A DNA stretch of 64,000 nucleotides from Octopus vulgaris (GCA_951406725.2 OX597819.1:116002001-116066000); one strand, 5' to 3'. Shown: positions 27,867 through 41,183, counted from the stretch's first letter. Notes: generated from the letters alone by a model not told the origin. Translations and numbers: made by a program.

Positions 27867-27923
<57 letters not shown>

Positions 27924-28023
27924 CATACGACAGGCTTCTTTCAGTTTCTGTCTACCAAATTCACTCACAAGGGGGGTTCCACGCAGTGGGACTGAACCCG
28001 GAACCATGTGGTTGGTAAGCAAG
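27621..28023 (-). mobile_element. SINE family C with internal deletion
   Basis: Homologous to other copies; lacks the CORE segment near 27970. Confidence 0.85.
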
Positions 28024-28588
28024 CTACTTACCATACAGCCACTATTAAAGATCGTTACACGTGTTTGATTAGCACAAGTGATTTACTTCATTTTCGTGAG
28101 GTTCGGATCTCTACCATTGGAATTAAACACCATCCTTTCGTGTTCTCCCAGATGTCATTTACCATAAATGAAGATCATTAATCATTATAGAAGGAAGGAG
28201 AAATAGCAAAGTTTTCAAAGAGCCAAATATAAATCAAGTGTACTACAATAGAAACCTCAATTCTTAACAAACCCGCTAATATAACGGTGAGTCTTCCGTC
28301 GGTTTTGACGATGAAAAATTAGTTGTTTGATTATCTGAAATTTTCTACATGTGAAATTAATGTGTAATCGGCTGAGTATCACACACACACACACACACAC
28401 ACGTGTACGTCCAAGTCATGAATCATTGCAACTCTGTATCAAGATCCTTTAAATTACATGTACAATTCAGGAAGGGAGGAAGCCAGAGAGAGATAGAGAG
28501 AGAGAGACAGGAGGAAAGAAAGATAGAAAGAGAGAGAAAGAAAGAGAGAGTGAGTGAGATAATGAGTCAGAGAGAGAGAAAGAGAGAG

Positions 28589-28641
<53 letters not shown>

Positions 28642-29217
28642 TATCGCCCAGTTATAGACAGTTGCTTTATTTATCGACTTCCTAAACTACGAATGACAAA
28701 GAATGCGTCGGCAGCATTTGAAATTAATGCGGTAGGAGACTGATCAAAGAAAACAGGTTATTCTGATTTGATCATAAAGTCAATGTAAAGTGACCAAGTA
28801 CATTTATGTTATTTAACCGTTCCTGCTAAATTTTTATGTTAGTTTAGTTTTGGTTGTGTGTACATTAAAAACATTATTTAGTCATAAAATTTCCAACACA
28901 AATTTTCACTCGGGTCTGGTGACTCTGCCAAGAGGCTATCCACTTAATTCAAGCATTACTTGTTGTAAGCAGCAGACACCTGGTGTCACTGGTTTTTTAT
29001 GAAAAATTTGAAGGAATTTACATAGAATAATTTTGCTTTACTAAGGTTTGTTGCAAGCCTGCGAAACGTAATCAAACCTACAAAGGAGTCTCTATTTAGT
29101 CGAACATCCTGCTAGAAATAGCAAGTGCACACAATCTACAAATTCTTCACCAATGGCTTATAAAACGACATTAACACATTCAATAAAATAGTCTTTGATA
29201 TATAATACCTGAAATCT

Positions 29218-29518
29218 GTCTGTTCCTTCTCGAGCCATGCCTGGCTCATAGGGCCGGTTTCCTAGTTTCCTTGGGGTATAGGTTTCCCACCTGAACGGTA
29301 CGCCGGTCCGTCTCAGTTGAGCTGCAAGATGAGGGGAGGAAAGAGTGAGAGAAAGTTGTAGCGAATGAGTCAGCAGAAGTTCGCCATTACCTTCTGCCAG
29401 AGCCGCGTGGAGCTTAGGTGTTTCGCTCATAAACACACACATCGCCCGGTCTGAGATTCGAACCCGCGATCCGTCGAACGCGAGTCCGCTGCTCTAACCA
29501 CTGGCCATGTGCCTCCAC
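29218..29518 (-). mobile_element. SINE family B, full length, with TSD
   Basis: Head gtggaggcacatggccagtggttagagc, B box ggttcgaatc; flanked by acctgaaatct / acctgaaaatct. Confidence 0.9.
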
Positions 29519-29601
29519 ACCTGAAAATCTATACAAAAGAGTAATGACTGGAACGTCTGTGGTAATAGACCTGCTTAGTCAGGGTTAAAAGTAGGCTAAA
29601 T

Positions 29602-30145
<544 letters not shown>

Positions 30146-30699
30146 AATTTGATAATATTGCTGATACTTAATTCAGTTTATTTGAATTAAGTTTCAGCTA
30201 CATTCAAATACATTTGATATTATCTTAATGTTCCATTAGCGACAACTTCCTTGGGTTCAGTGGATCGAATTGACGAAAGGAATTAGGAATATATGAAGGC
30301 ACATTTTAAAGAGAATCGTTACGTTAATCAGAACTACTGTTTGTTTCGTTTCGTCTTTAATGCGCCTGGAGAATAATAATTAGTACTTAAGGAGGCTGTC
30401 TAATTTTCTTATAGTATTGATAGTTGAGTGTAACTGTGTATGTGCGATGATGCATGCCCATGTGTGTATGTATGTTATACTTCAGTTTGGTATTTGTGTT
30501 GGAAATTTGGTTTCAGTGCTGATAAAATCGAAAACTTTGGAGTGATGGATTAAATATGTTAATGCAATCTGTTGTTTTCTTCTAGATTTAGGTTCAAATC
30601 TTCTTTGGATCACTTTACGCACGGAATTTATTCGACTACCAGTTCAACATTTTTTTCGTATTTCAAGCTGGAATTAATAGTTCAGGCAAATTAGTTACG

Positions 30700-31200
30700 G
30701 GAAGAGTTTATTCATCGAAACATATCCCATCATATCCTATAATCTGTTGCAAATATTGTGCCAGAAGCTCAGTTCCACGCTTACACCATTTGGCTGGTTT
30801 AGAGGTAAAAAGAAACTCCTTGCACCCATTTTCAACCTAACGTACATTGGTAAACCTCCGTGCATGCTGGTAGGATTAGACAGCACTACCAGCTCCCCAA
30901 GTTCAAGTTAGCGATTGGTACTATTGGAAATTTGTGCTTGGACATTGTCATACTGTAGGAGTGTGCATCTTTGATAGATCACTGCTAGGTAGCGGGCTTT
31001 CAAACTATCATATGCTCACTGACGTTGTTGAGCATAAAAGCTAGCGTTCACAGCATGACCATCTCGGACAAGCTCACAAAGCCACACTCACTCGAACGGT
31101 TGGATGAGCTTTTAACTTGGATGAGATTTTAACTCCGATACAACAGGAGTCATCATGTGAAAGGTGGAGTAATTCATGCACGAGACGGTGTTTGAAGTTT
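30700..31200 (-). mobile_element. degraded mariner transposase C-terminal fragment
   Basis: LQYDNVQ (HDNARPH-like), LELGE, VENGCKEF..SKPAKW.KRG.ELLA. Confidence 0.6.
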
Positions 31201-31212
31201 TTGATTAATCTG

Positions 31213-31712
31213 CAATATTCGACTATCGCGAGTGTTGCGTTCCAAAACCCGCTGCAATAGGTGAACATCCGCGGAGTAGAAACAGTACTGTATGTTTTTT
31301 TAATTATTATTTTTACAATTTGTATATATTTATTTTATTATAAATGCAAAGCGAACTCCACACACTCGCCTACCGAGTTTCGTTTTCCAAACAGTGTATG
31401 CGATTCTTTGTCTGCTCATGTACGGTACAATACGTTTTTTTTTTTTAATATATTTTAACTAATGTGTTATACAGTGCAGTACTGTATTTTTATTTATTAA
31501 TATTTTAATTTTTAGGCGTGAAAATGCTTATTTTATCACAAAAATAGCCAAAATCTAAAAAAAATATTAATACTTATTGATACTTATCAATAGACGCAGA
31601 AACCCGTGATACACCGAGGAGTCGACGATATAAATTTACATATACAAGCCAAAAAAATCCGCGATGTACTGTGGGCACGATAGGTGAACCGTCATATGGC
31701 GAGTGATTTCTG
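31213..31712. mobile_element. Tigger/pogo-like MITE, degraded
   Basis: Ends tcgactatcgcg..cgttccaaaac and ccgcgatgtactg..tatggcgagtgatttctg|ta resemble Tigger-type termini. Confidence 0.45.
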
Positions 31713-31848
31713 TAGTGATTATTGCAGTAGATTACAAGATATATGTGATTCATGTTTATTTTTGACAAATAACTTTAGAGTTCAGAATAGAATCTCTTTT
31801 GCCATGTGGCCCTCAAGTTATCATAACAACAACAATATTCATCATCTA

Positions 31849-32407
31849 TTGGGTTGTCCGGAAAGTTCGTGCCGATTTATAGTAGCTTACCTTTCGACTT
31901 ATTTTAGAACATGGTTGAGTCCATAAAATAGGATTTGTCTACACCTCCATTTAGAGCACAGTTTAAGCTATCTTTTCGTCGAAGAAGGTTTATGTTCCTA
32001 TAACCTGTGTTAATTCTGTAACCCTTTAAAATGGAAGATAAGTAAGTTCATTTTGATGCTTTGGGAACCAGGCTAAAAATGCTGTAGCTCGGCTGGGATG
32101 TGTTACCCCACCTTCCATATTCACCAGATATTGCTCCTTCGGATTTCCACTTACTCAGGGCTCTGCAGAATAGTATTAATGGTAAAAATGTTCAATTCCT
32201 TGGATGATGTTAAAAGATACCTTGATGAATTCCTTGCCATGAAACCACCGCAGTTCTGGGAAGAGAGTATTTTCAAGTTAAAGGAAAGATGGAGACACAC
32301 TGTGCAACAAAATGGTTGATATTTGGTTGATTAAAAATGTAATGGCAAGTATTTATTGACCTTTTTCTTTCCTTTAAAAATCGTCACGAACTTTCCGGAC
32401 AACCCAA
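31849..32407 (+). mobile_element. internally deleted mariner (D34D type) with intact TIRs and TA TSD
   Basis: TIRs ttgggttgtccggaaagttcgtgccgattt / aaatcgtcacgaactttccggacaacccaa; TA on both sides; LGWDVLPHLPYSPDIAPSDFHL..LKERW. Confidence 0.93.
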
Positions 32408-33492
32408 TACAAAAGGCCTTTTGCATTCCTCATTTAAACTTAAATCTCCAAGATGACTCCAGACGCCAATGTGTACATAAACTTTAGACCAGACTGTTCT
32501 TTGGATGAATTATACCTCTATCATTTCAGTTTTCGTATTCTCTTTACAATTTTTCTAATTTTTCTCTCTAACATTTTTCTGATATATTTTCGTATATCCG
32601 TATCTTCTTGCTTTGGAATTAGACATATATGTGCAAAACCACTCGTACATTTCTACTACTTTGCAATTTTATATGTATTTAAAATAATATTTCTTCATTT
32701 TTCTAAAGTTAAAATAGCGATTTTATTAATGTGTGAAGCGCTAATTAAATAGAAAGCTACATACAACATTTGACATTGCGTTTAAATTAATTAAAATGAA
32801 TTGAAAAGGAACGAAAAGTAATAGTAGAAGGTGCTAGAGATTGCCGAAGGAAAGTAAAGGGGAGTAATTGTATGAGAGAATGGCAGTAAGAGAAGTTAAA
32901 AGGTTACAGAAACGGAAAAGGATAAGAGAAGCTAAAAACATGGAAAGAGAGAGAAAAGTGGAGAGGCGAAAGAAGTGTTTATAGCATTAAAGTAGAAAAG
33001 ATAAATAAAACACACACACAAAAAGAAGAGAAAACGTCTACAGCTGTTGGGCGAAAGCGAAAACCACTTGGAAGCATGCATTATGCTTTCAATAATAGCT
33101 TTTTGTGTCTGTAAGCCAGAACAGAAATAGTCACCCATTCCGATCGTCTCGCCCTCGACCATTTGGAGAGGGAGAGAGAGAGAGAGAGAAATCTACAGTA
33201 GTATTCGAGTGACGCTGACTTCAGCCGAATAGTTTGGAGTATGAAGTATTTTGCTCAGAGACACAACGGTACACCCGATCCGGGATTAACGCCTGTAGTC
33301 TTCTGATCTTTATTCCAATGCCCCGAGCACAAAGCAATGCATCCTCACAGATAGATAAGGAGAGAAATATATAAAACACAATGAAAGTGAGACAAAAGAA
33401 ATAGAAAGCGTGCGATAAACTGAGACATCGAGAAGCAAAGCGAATTAAATTTCTTGATCGGCAAATTACTTTTTCGTTAAGAAGGTAGCGGA

Positions 33493-33688
33493 TACACTAT
33501 TTACATTATTTACATTTGACGGATATTTGTTTGTTGTTAACACAACGTTTCGGCTGATATACCCTCCAATCTTCATCAGGTGTCTTGGGGAAATTTCGAA
33601 CCTGATAAAGGCTGGAGGGTATATCAGCCGAAATGTTGTGTTAACAACGAACAAATATCCGTCAAATGTAAATAATGTAAATAATGTA
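33493..33688. mobile_element. inverted pair of Penelope-type tails, each with a minimal hammerhead motif
   Basis: ~88-bp arms around a 20-bp loop; minus arm gacac-CTGATGA-a-gattg..cagcc-GAAAC-GTT-gtgtt; plus arm has CTGATAA and GAAAT mutations. Confidence 0.8.
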
Positions 33689-34404
33689 CTACTACTACTA
33701 CTACTATTGCTGTTGCTACTGCTGCTGCTGTTGCTGCTGTTGCTGCTGAGATTATTACGAGAACCAGAATTCTCTCCACTGCTGCCACTTTCAACATGTC
33801 CATCCTGCTACTATTACCACAGCTACCACTACGGCTTCTGTCTCTGTCACCGTGGAATGCACATGGCCAGTGGGAGCACGGGATACATCTTTGTTGTTTA
33901 CTTCTATTGGTGGTCGCTTTCTCTAATACATACAAGCATACAAACATACATACACACACACACACACATGCATATATGTATGTATATATATATACACACA
34001 CACATAATATATATAAATTAAATCATTAATTCTTTTCTTACATTACGAAGCTTTCCACTTTCTTGCTTGCTTTCTTTTTTTCTGTATTTCCTTTTCTTTC
34101 CTTCTTTCTTCCTTTCTTTCTTTCTTTCGTTCTTTCTCTCTCACTCTCTCGGTTTGTATATGTGTGTCTATATATATATATAAATATATATATATAGACA
34201 TACAAACACAAACACACAGACGCACACACACACGCATTTGAATAATAATAAAAAAAAAAGCAATTTTTGATACTTCGAACATATTTAATACGCATGTTTC
34301 AATTTCAAGTGGTTACGTAAGAAGTTGGCGGAATATTGATCTCTGAAATATCTGATAAAATGGTTTATATTTTAGCATGCTACCTTTACAAAATGATTTA
34401 TTTG

Positions 34405-34759
34405 ATACATTTTTTACATTATTTTCATTTGACGGATATTTGTTGACATCTTGTTCGTTGTTAACACAACGCTTCGGCTGATATACCCTCCAGCTTTCTT
34501 CACGTGACTTTGGGAAATGTTGAACCTGAGTTCTCATTCCTAAGGTAATTTTTGATGTTATTATTATTATTATTATTATGTAACCTCCCTGTACATAACT
34601 CTCTGCTCCCCTACATGGCCTTGCTTTTGCTTTTTGAGCCAATAAAAATTGAATTGAATTGAAATTATTATTATTATTATCATTCAGGTCATTGCTTAGA
34701 ATCGAACTCGGAATATTGAGGTTAGTAGACCACGCTCTTAACCACTATGCCATATGTCC
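34405..34759 (-). mobile_element. tRNA-headed element with (TAA)n linker and hammerhead-type PLE tail
   Basis: A box TGGCATAGTGG (34742-34752), B box GTTCGATTC (34699-34707); tail homologous to 33493-33600 and 52540-52630. Confidence 0.7.
34580..34663 (+). mobile_element. short LINE 3' end with AATAAA and (ATTGA)n tail, nested in (TAA)n
   Basis: gagccaataaaaattgaattgaattgaa. Confidence 0.5.
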
Positions 34760-34781
34760 AAGTTCGATTCTAGCCAGTAAA

Positions 34782-34814
<33 letters not shown>

Positions 34815-35164
34815 CGACAAGTGTAATAAAAATAAAAATCGACAAGTGTATCTTTTTCAAAGTCTAAGCATAAGGCGGTAAATTTGGCAGACTCGATAGA
34901 GCACCGCACAAATTGTTTCGCTTTGCTTGTACTAACTCTTTATGATTTGTGTTCAAATTCCGTTGAGGTTAAATTTCTGGGTTGTTCAAATATTTCGAGG
35001 TGACAATCTTATTAATTGTTATGGCGCAACGTCATTAGTAGGATACGAACCATTTATATTACGCTTTGAAATTCTGCTCCTTATTGATCCGTCTCTCCTC
35101 CTGTGCAATAAGGACTTCGTGAACCATCAATGGGATCAGTTTCCTTTCAACTATACACAACACG

Positions 35165-35199
<35 letters not shown>

Positions 35200-35342
35200 G
35201 CTACCACAAAAACACACACGCACGCACACACATGTATATACTTCGATACATGCATACGTATGTAGCTACATATATACACATATGATGTGTTTGAGCGCAC
35301 AAGTGTGCATAAATCAATAGTGTAATGTAATGTGTGTGTGTA

Positions 35343-35395
<53 letters not shown>

Positions 35396-36141
35396 ATCAA
35401 TAGGTGCGTTAGCATATGTATTCATTATAGAGAAGGATGAATTTTGTGGTTGCTGTCTTTATACTTTGGGTGGAAATTCATAAATCATATTTATAACGTT
35501 GATCAAAGCAGTATGATCTAGTGATGTAAATGCCATTAGGTGATAGAGATGCCATTAGGCAAATTTGTTGTGATAGACTAATTAATCAAATAAGATAATT
35601 TCTACTCGACCTTATTATCGAATCATCGAGTCAATTTACGATGATATCCAACACACTTCATTAATGCAAATGGGGTTTCTTACTAATGATGGTGTTGTGA
35701 TATTAGGAATTCAGTCATTCATAAGAATTGGAAACTCACTTTTGTATATCCTCCTGAACAAATTATATTTCCCTATTTCCCATTTGTTTGCTTCCTTTAT
35801 TACCCAGATCGTACAGAAAACGTTCATGAAAATTCTGTACATAAAAATCATATAAGTTATTAAATTATGTATCAATAAAACAGGATTCAGTAATATGCTA
35901 GAGTTGATTCAAAAGACTATGTATTCCTCCAAAGAGAAAAACGAAATCTGGCGTTAATTTATGGACCCCACTATAGAATTCGCTTGCAAAGTCGCAAAAA
36001 TACAAACTTCAAAATTGGGGACATGCTTAGAATGCTGGGCAAAGAACCTAATGTATATAACCGGTTATTAACATTGCACTGTCGCTTTGGCAAGCTCACT
36101 AATGTAACTGTAGTAAGAGCCTTAACTCTCAACAAATGTAT

Positions 36142-36310
36142 TTATTTCTTTATTGCCCAAAAGGGGGTAAACACAGAGGAGACAAACAAGGACAAAGGGA
36201 TTAAGTCCATTACATCGACCCCAGTGCGTAAATAGTACTTATTTAATCGACCCCGAAAGGTAGAAAGGCAAAGTCGACCTCGGCTAATGATTCTGCCAGC
36301 TCGTTGCCCT
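36142..36310 (-). mobile_element. SINE family A, tail variant 2, internally deleted
   Basis: Homologous to 50870-51100. Confidence 0.8.
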
Positions 36311-36399
36311 TCTCCAAAAACATATTGAATGTAAAATATTGTGGCTGGTTTAAAGAGACAGATCAGCCTCCGACACTGGCAGAGAAAACTGTAAAGACA

Positions 36400-37290
36400 C
36401 ACAACGTATGGATAATTGCAGTAAGAAACTGCAACAAAATTTCAAGTTCTTCTCGTCCTAGAGACACGGTCCAAACGCTTGCAACTGATTTGGCTCTTTT
36501 AAAATGGTGCCAATTGCCAGTCAGCGTTATTGATCTATTCGAAGCATATTGTCTCTCACCAAGCATCAGGTGGATGTCAATCGAATAGTTCCCATGAAAT
36601 GTTTTCGTCAACGAAAGCTCAACAAAAAGGCCAGTCGAAAAACCACCGAACCATGACAGACTAGCCCGGAAACAAAAAAAATATTTTTGATTCCACAAAT
36701 TATTCGAAATTAGATCATGTGACTGCTACCAACCAAACTCTCACACTATTTCTAAAAATAGCAACCATCCTTGCAAAACACATACGAAACTGGAGATGAA
36801 GAAGAAAGGTTGGTCATTCCTCTTAAAACAATTATTTCTGATAAATCTTTTGACAAAGCAATACACACATTCTCCAATCAAATACTGTATACAAATTCTT
36901 TCTGTATATATCCTTATAAACAATTATGATTTCTGATGAACTTATAAACAAATATGAACTTATTTTACTGTCTATTTTGAACACTTATGCAAACTGTTTA
37001 AACACAAAGCCTCTCTTAACATTTTTTTTTATCATTGTCAAAGATTGTATTTCTTAACATTTTCTTATCAGTGTGAAAGACACTATCACTGTATTTCAAT
37101 ACATCTATGTTTACTAATTTTTAACATCACAAAGACTACACGAAACCTTGCACTTTACTTTTGAAAATCTTTTTTAAAAAAAGGGGAAACCGGTCGAGAT
37201 AATTATCATCTTTAAAAGACCTGTACATTTTCTATTCCTCTTTCCTATATATTTTCTCTCGTGCGGTACTTTCCAATTTTACTTTGTTAT
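36400..37290 (+). mobile_element. degraded Penelope-like 3' region ending in a hammerhead-bearing repeat
   Basis: Weak GIY-YIG C-terminal traces (TILAKHI, ELINK); GAAACCGGTC motif at 37186. Confidence 0.4.
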
Positions 37291-37312
37291 ATATATATAT
37301 ATATATATATAT

Positions 37313-37523
37313 ATTCTTTTACTCCTTTTACGCTTTTACTTGTTGCAGTCATTTGACTGTGGCCATGCTGGACCACCGCCTTTAGTCGAGCAAATCGACC
37401 CCAAGACGTATTCTTTGTAAGTCTAGTACTTATTCTATCGGTCTCTTTTGCCAAACCGTTAATGTTACGGGGACGTAAACACACCAGCATCGGTTGTCAA
37501 GTGATATTGGTGGAACAAACACA

Positions 37524-37575
<52 letters not shown>

Positions 37576-37672
37576 CACATATGTACGAGGAGCTTCTTAC
37601 AGTTTCCGTCTACCAAGTCAACTCTCAAGGCTTTAGTCGGCCCGAGGCTATAGTAGAAGACACTTGCCCAAG
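37313..37672 (-). mobile_element. SINE family C, 5'-truncated
   Basis: Homologous to other copies; ends at cacttgcccaagg. Confidence 0.9.
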
Positions 37673-37843
37673 GAACTAATTTTTAACATGACAAAGGCTA
37701 CACGAAACCTTGCACTTTACTTTTGAAAATCTTTTTCTAAAAAGAAGGGAAACCGGTCAAGTCAATTATCATCTTTAAAAGACCTCTACATTTTCTATTC
37801 CTCTTCTATATATATTTTCACTCGTGCGGTACATTCCAAGTTA

Positions 37844-38073
37844 GGGCGGCGAGCTGGCAGAATCGTTAACACGCCGGGCGAAATGCTTAGCAGTATTTCG
37901 TCTGCTGCTACGTTCTGAGTTCAAATTCCGCCGAGGTCGACTTTGGCTTTCATCCTTTCGGGGTCGATTAAATAAGTACCAGTTACGCACTGGGGTCGAT
38001 ATAATCGACTTAATCCGTTCGTCTGTCCTTGTTTGTCCTCTGTGTTTAGCCCCTTGTGGGTAGAAAAGAAATA
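37844..38073 (+). mobile_element. SINE family A, full length, tail variant 2, with TSD
   Basis: ggcggcgagctggcagaatcg head, B box gagttcaaattcc; flanked by ggtacattccaa / ggtactttccaa. Confidence 0.92.
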
Positions 38074-38837
38074 GGTACTTTCCAACTTTACTTTGTTATA
38101 TATATATACGTATCAGTGTATGTGCGTATCATATGTTCATATATATATATATATATATATATGAACATATGATACGCACATACACTCATACGCATATACA
38201 TGATAGTAAGAGGGATAGATAAAGAGAAGAGGGAGAGAAAGAGAATAAGCTCTATGTAATATATTAATTGATATGTATGTGCATCAGTGTATGTGTGTTT
38301 ATTTACGTTTGCCTATGTACGACTATTTATGAGTATCATTAATGCGTTTGTGAGTGCGTTTGTGCGTACATGTTTATATATGTAGCCAACAAGAAGAAAT
38401 AATTAAAGGTCAAACCAATTCTGTTAGGTTATCACCTCTGACCTCAAATTACCTTTGTCGTAACCTCACATTTTCAATATGTTACTATTTTCCATATAAA
38501 CTGGCTTGCTAAGAAAGAATCAAAGAAAGTCATATACAATATGGCTACACTGTCGCATTAATGTCTATAGTAATCAGTCAAATGCTTCTTAAGCTATAAA
38601 TACGCTACATTAGGTAGTCATAGTAAATTACTGTAGCATAATGTATCGCACTATCAAAGGCAAGAGCAGTCGATCAAATTAGGAGAGGAGCGTTTGTAAG
38701 TTTAATTCATAAATGTTCAATTCAGTTTGGTGGAGAATCTTATCCAATTCAACAGACAATAGGTCCGTAATTTCCTTCACTTTTAGTAGCAAGAAGTTCA
38801 AAGAAATCTGGAAATTCGTTAGTTCAGAGAGGATATA

Positions 38838-39053
<216 letters not shown>

Positions 39054-39102
39054 TGTATATGTATTTGTTTCTGTGTGTATGTTTGTGCCTACACGGAATC
39101 AT

Positions 39103-39133
<31 letters not shown>

Positions 39134-39188
39134 TTAGAGAGAGGGAGAGAGGGAGAGAGAGAGGGGGAGAGAGGGAGAGAGAAAGAGA

Positions 39189-39541
39189 GGCGCAGGAGTG
39201 GCTGCGTGGTAAGTAGCTTGCTTACCAACGTCATGGTTCCCGGTTCAGTCCCTCTGCATGGAACATTGGACAAGTGTCTTCTACTGTAACCTTGGGCCAA
39301 CCAAAGCCTTGTGAGTGGATATGGTAGACAGAAACTAAAAGAAGCCTTTCGAATATATATAGATGTATAAGTTTGTCTGCGTGTTTGTTCCCCCAACGTT
39401 GCTTGAAATCCGATGCTGGTGTGCTTACGTCCCCGTAACTTAGCAGTTCGGCAAAAGAGCCCAATAGAATAAGTACTAGGCGTAAAAAATATAATTCCTG
39501 TGGTTGACTTGCTTGACTAAAGGTCGTGCTCCAGCATGGCA
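39189..39541 (+). mobile_element. SINE family C
   Basis: ggcgcaggagtggctgcgtggtaag head through gctccagcatggc. Confidence 0.88.
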
Positions 39542-39575
39542 TCCATATGAAAAGCAATATATATATATATATATA

Positions 39576-41173
39576 CATTTGCGGCCAAAATATTCAGAAC
39601 GGCATTTTTTTAATATTCTATAATTTTCACAGACAATAAATACAATATTACCTATTATTGTCTGAGATTTTGGTGTAATTTGAGAGGATAATACAAAAGT
39701 TATGGATGATTTGGTGATTTACTGCAAAACCCATTGCGGCCAAAATGATCAGAACGGTTGAGAAAAATAACAAAATAATCAAAAATGACAAAGAATACTG
39801 GAATTATTTAATATTTAGTGTGAAGCCCTTTAGCTTCAATCACACTTTGACATCTTCGACTGCATGAGGAAATTAAATTTTCACTTTATTGCTGGGTGAT
39901 CTTATTCCATTCTTCCCTAAGGGCATTCCATAATTGCTCGGTTGTTTTAGGATTTCTGGCTTTCGAACGTTCTCCTAGAATATTCCACACATTTTCAATA
40001 GGATTGAGATCTGGGCTTTGAGCAGGCCAATCCATAACAATAATCTTTTCAGCCTTAAGAAAGTTCATGTCCACCTTAGCCTTGTGACATGGGGCATTGT
40101 TCTGCATGAATATGGGTGGTCGCTTAGTTGAATTTCTCAGCACAGGCAAGACATAATCTTTTACAAGTTGTTTATAAACTCTTGCATTTACCTTTCCATG
40201 TAATCGCACAAAAGGGCCCACACCATCTCCAGATATCATCCCCCAAACCATGACACTTCCTCCACCGAATTTAACACTAGTCTTAAGGCATTTAGGCGAC
40301 AATTTTTCACCTACTTTTCGACGAACAGTAGAAGACACTTTTCCCATCTGAGCCAAATAACATAAACTTAGAATCATCACGGAAATGCACCGTTTGTCAT
40401 TTTTCTTGAGACCACAACACATGTTCGGTTGCAAAGGTAAGACGACACTTTTTATTCTTGGAGATGATCAGTGGCTTCACTGCAGGTGCTCTTGCTTCTA
40501 GGTCATGTTCAACTAAACGACGAGACACAGTTTTTCGAGATAAAGTTTTCTTCAGTACAATGCTCATTTCCCGAGAAACAGCAGCAGCAGTTTTAAATCT
40601 GTCCTTTTTAACCAACTTTACCATAGCACGATCTTCTCTCTTGGTCGTTTTTCTTGGCCTACCTGTAAACTTTCTTGCTTCACACGAACTACAATCATCG
40701 TATACCTTAAGAATACCGTGAACAACACTTTTTCACTTGTTAACAATCATTGCTATAGACCCAATACTTAAATTATCCTTCTTTCGAAGCTTAATAATCT
40801 GCTGACGAATTGTTAACGGAGTAAGTGGCATTATATTAACAAAGTATACTGCAGATATTCTTACTAATGTTTAGTAAACGAACCGTCAAGTAAACAAGTT
40901 CAAAACATTAGAGTTCACCGGTTAATATACTAAAACACGGAGTAAAAGCAACTGTTCTGATCATTCTGGCCGCCATGGGTTTTACAGTAAATCACTAAAT
41001 CTTCCATAACTTTTGTATTATCCTCTCAAATTACACCAAAATCTCATGCAATAACAAATAATATCGTATTTATTGTCTGTGAAAATTATAGAATATAAAA
41101 CAACTTTGATAAAAAACTTATACCTACTTTTCTGACAAAAACAATGCCGTTCTGAACATTTTGGCCGCAACTG
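39576..41173 (-). mobile_element. near full-length Tc1-like (DD34E) transposon of IR/DR type
   Basis: Outer repeats gcggccaaaat(a/g)ttcagaacggca at both ends, inner direct repeats near 39737 and 40951, ~200-bp IRs, TA flanks. Confidence 0.95.
39809..40831 (-). pseudogene. Tc1 transposase, frameshifted
   Basis: MPLTPLTIRQQII..TGRPRKTT..VKFGGGSVMVWG..FMQNNAPCH (catalytic D to N)..WPAQSPDLNPIENVW..HTKY*. Confidence 0.92.
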
Positions 41174-41183
41174 TATGTATATA

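Noticed and set aside
34686-34759. Functional tRNA gene (also the heads at 14138, 29450 and 59365)
   Set aside because: A and B boxes are present, but acceptor and anticodon stems pair poorly and the heads continue into repeat bodies; these are SINE heads.
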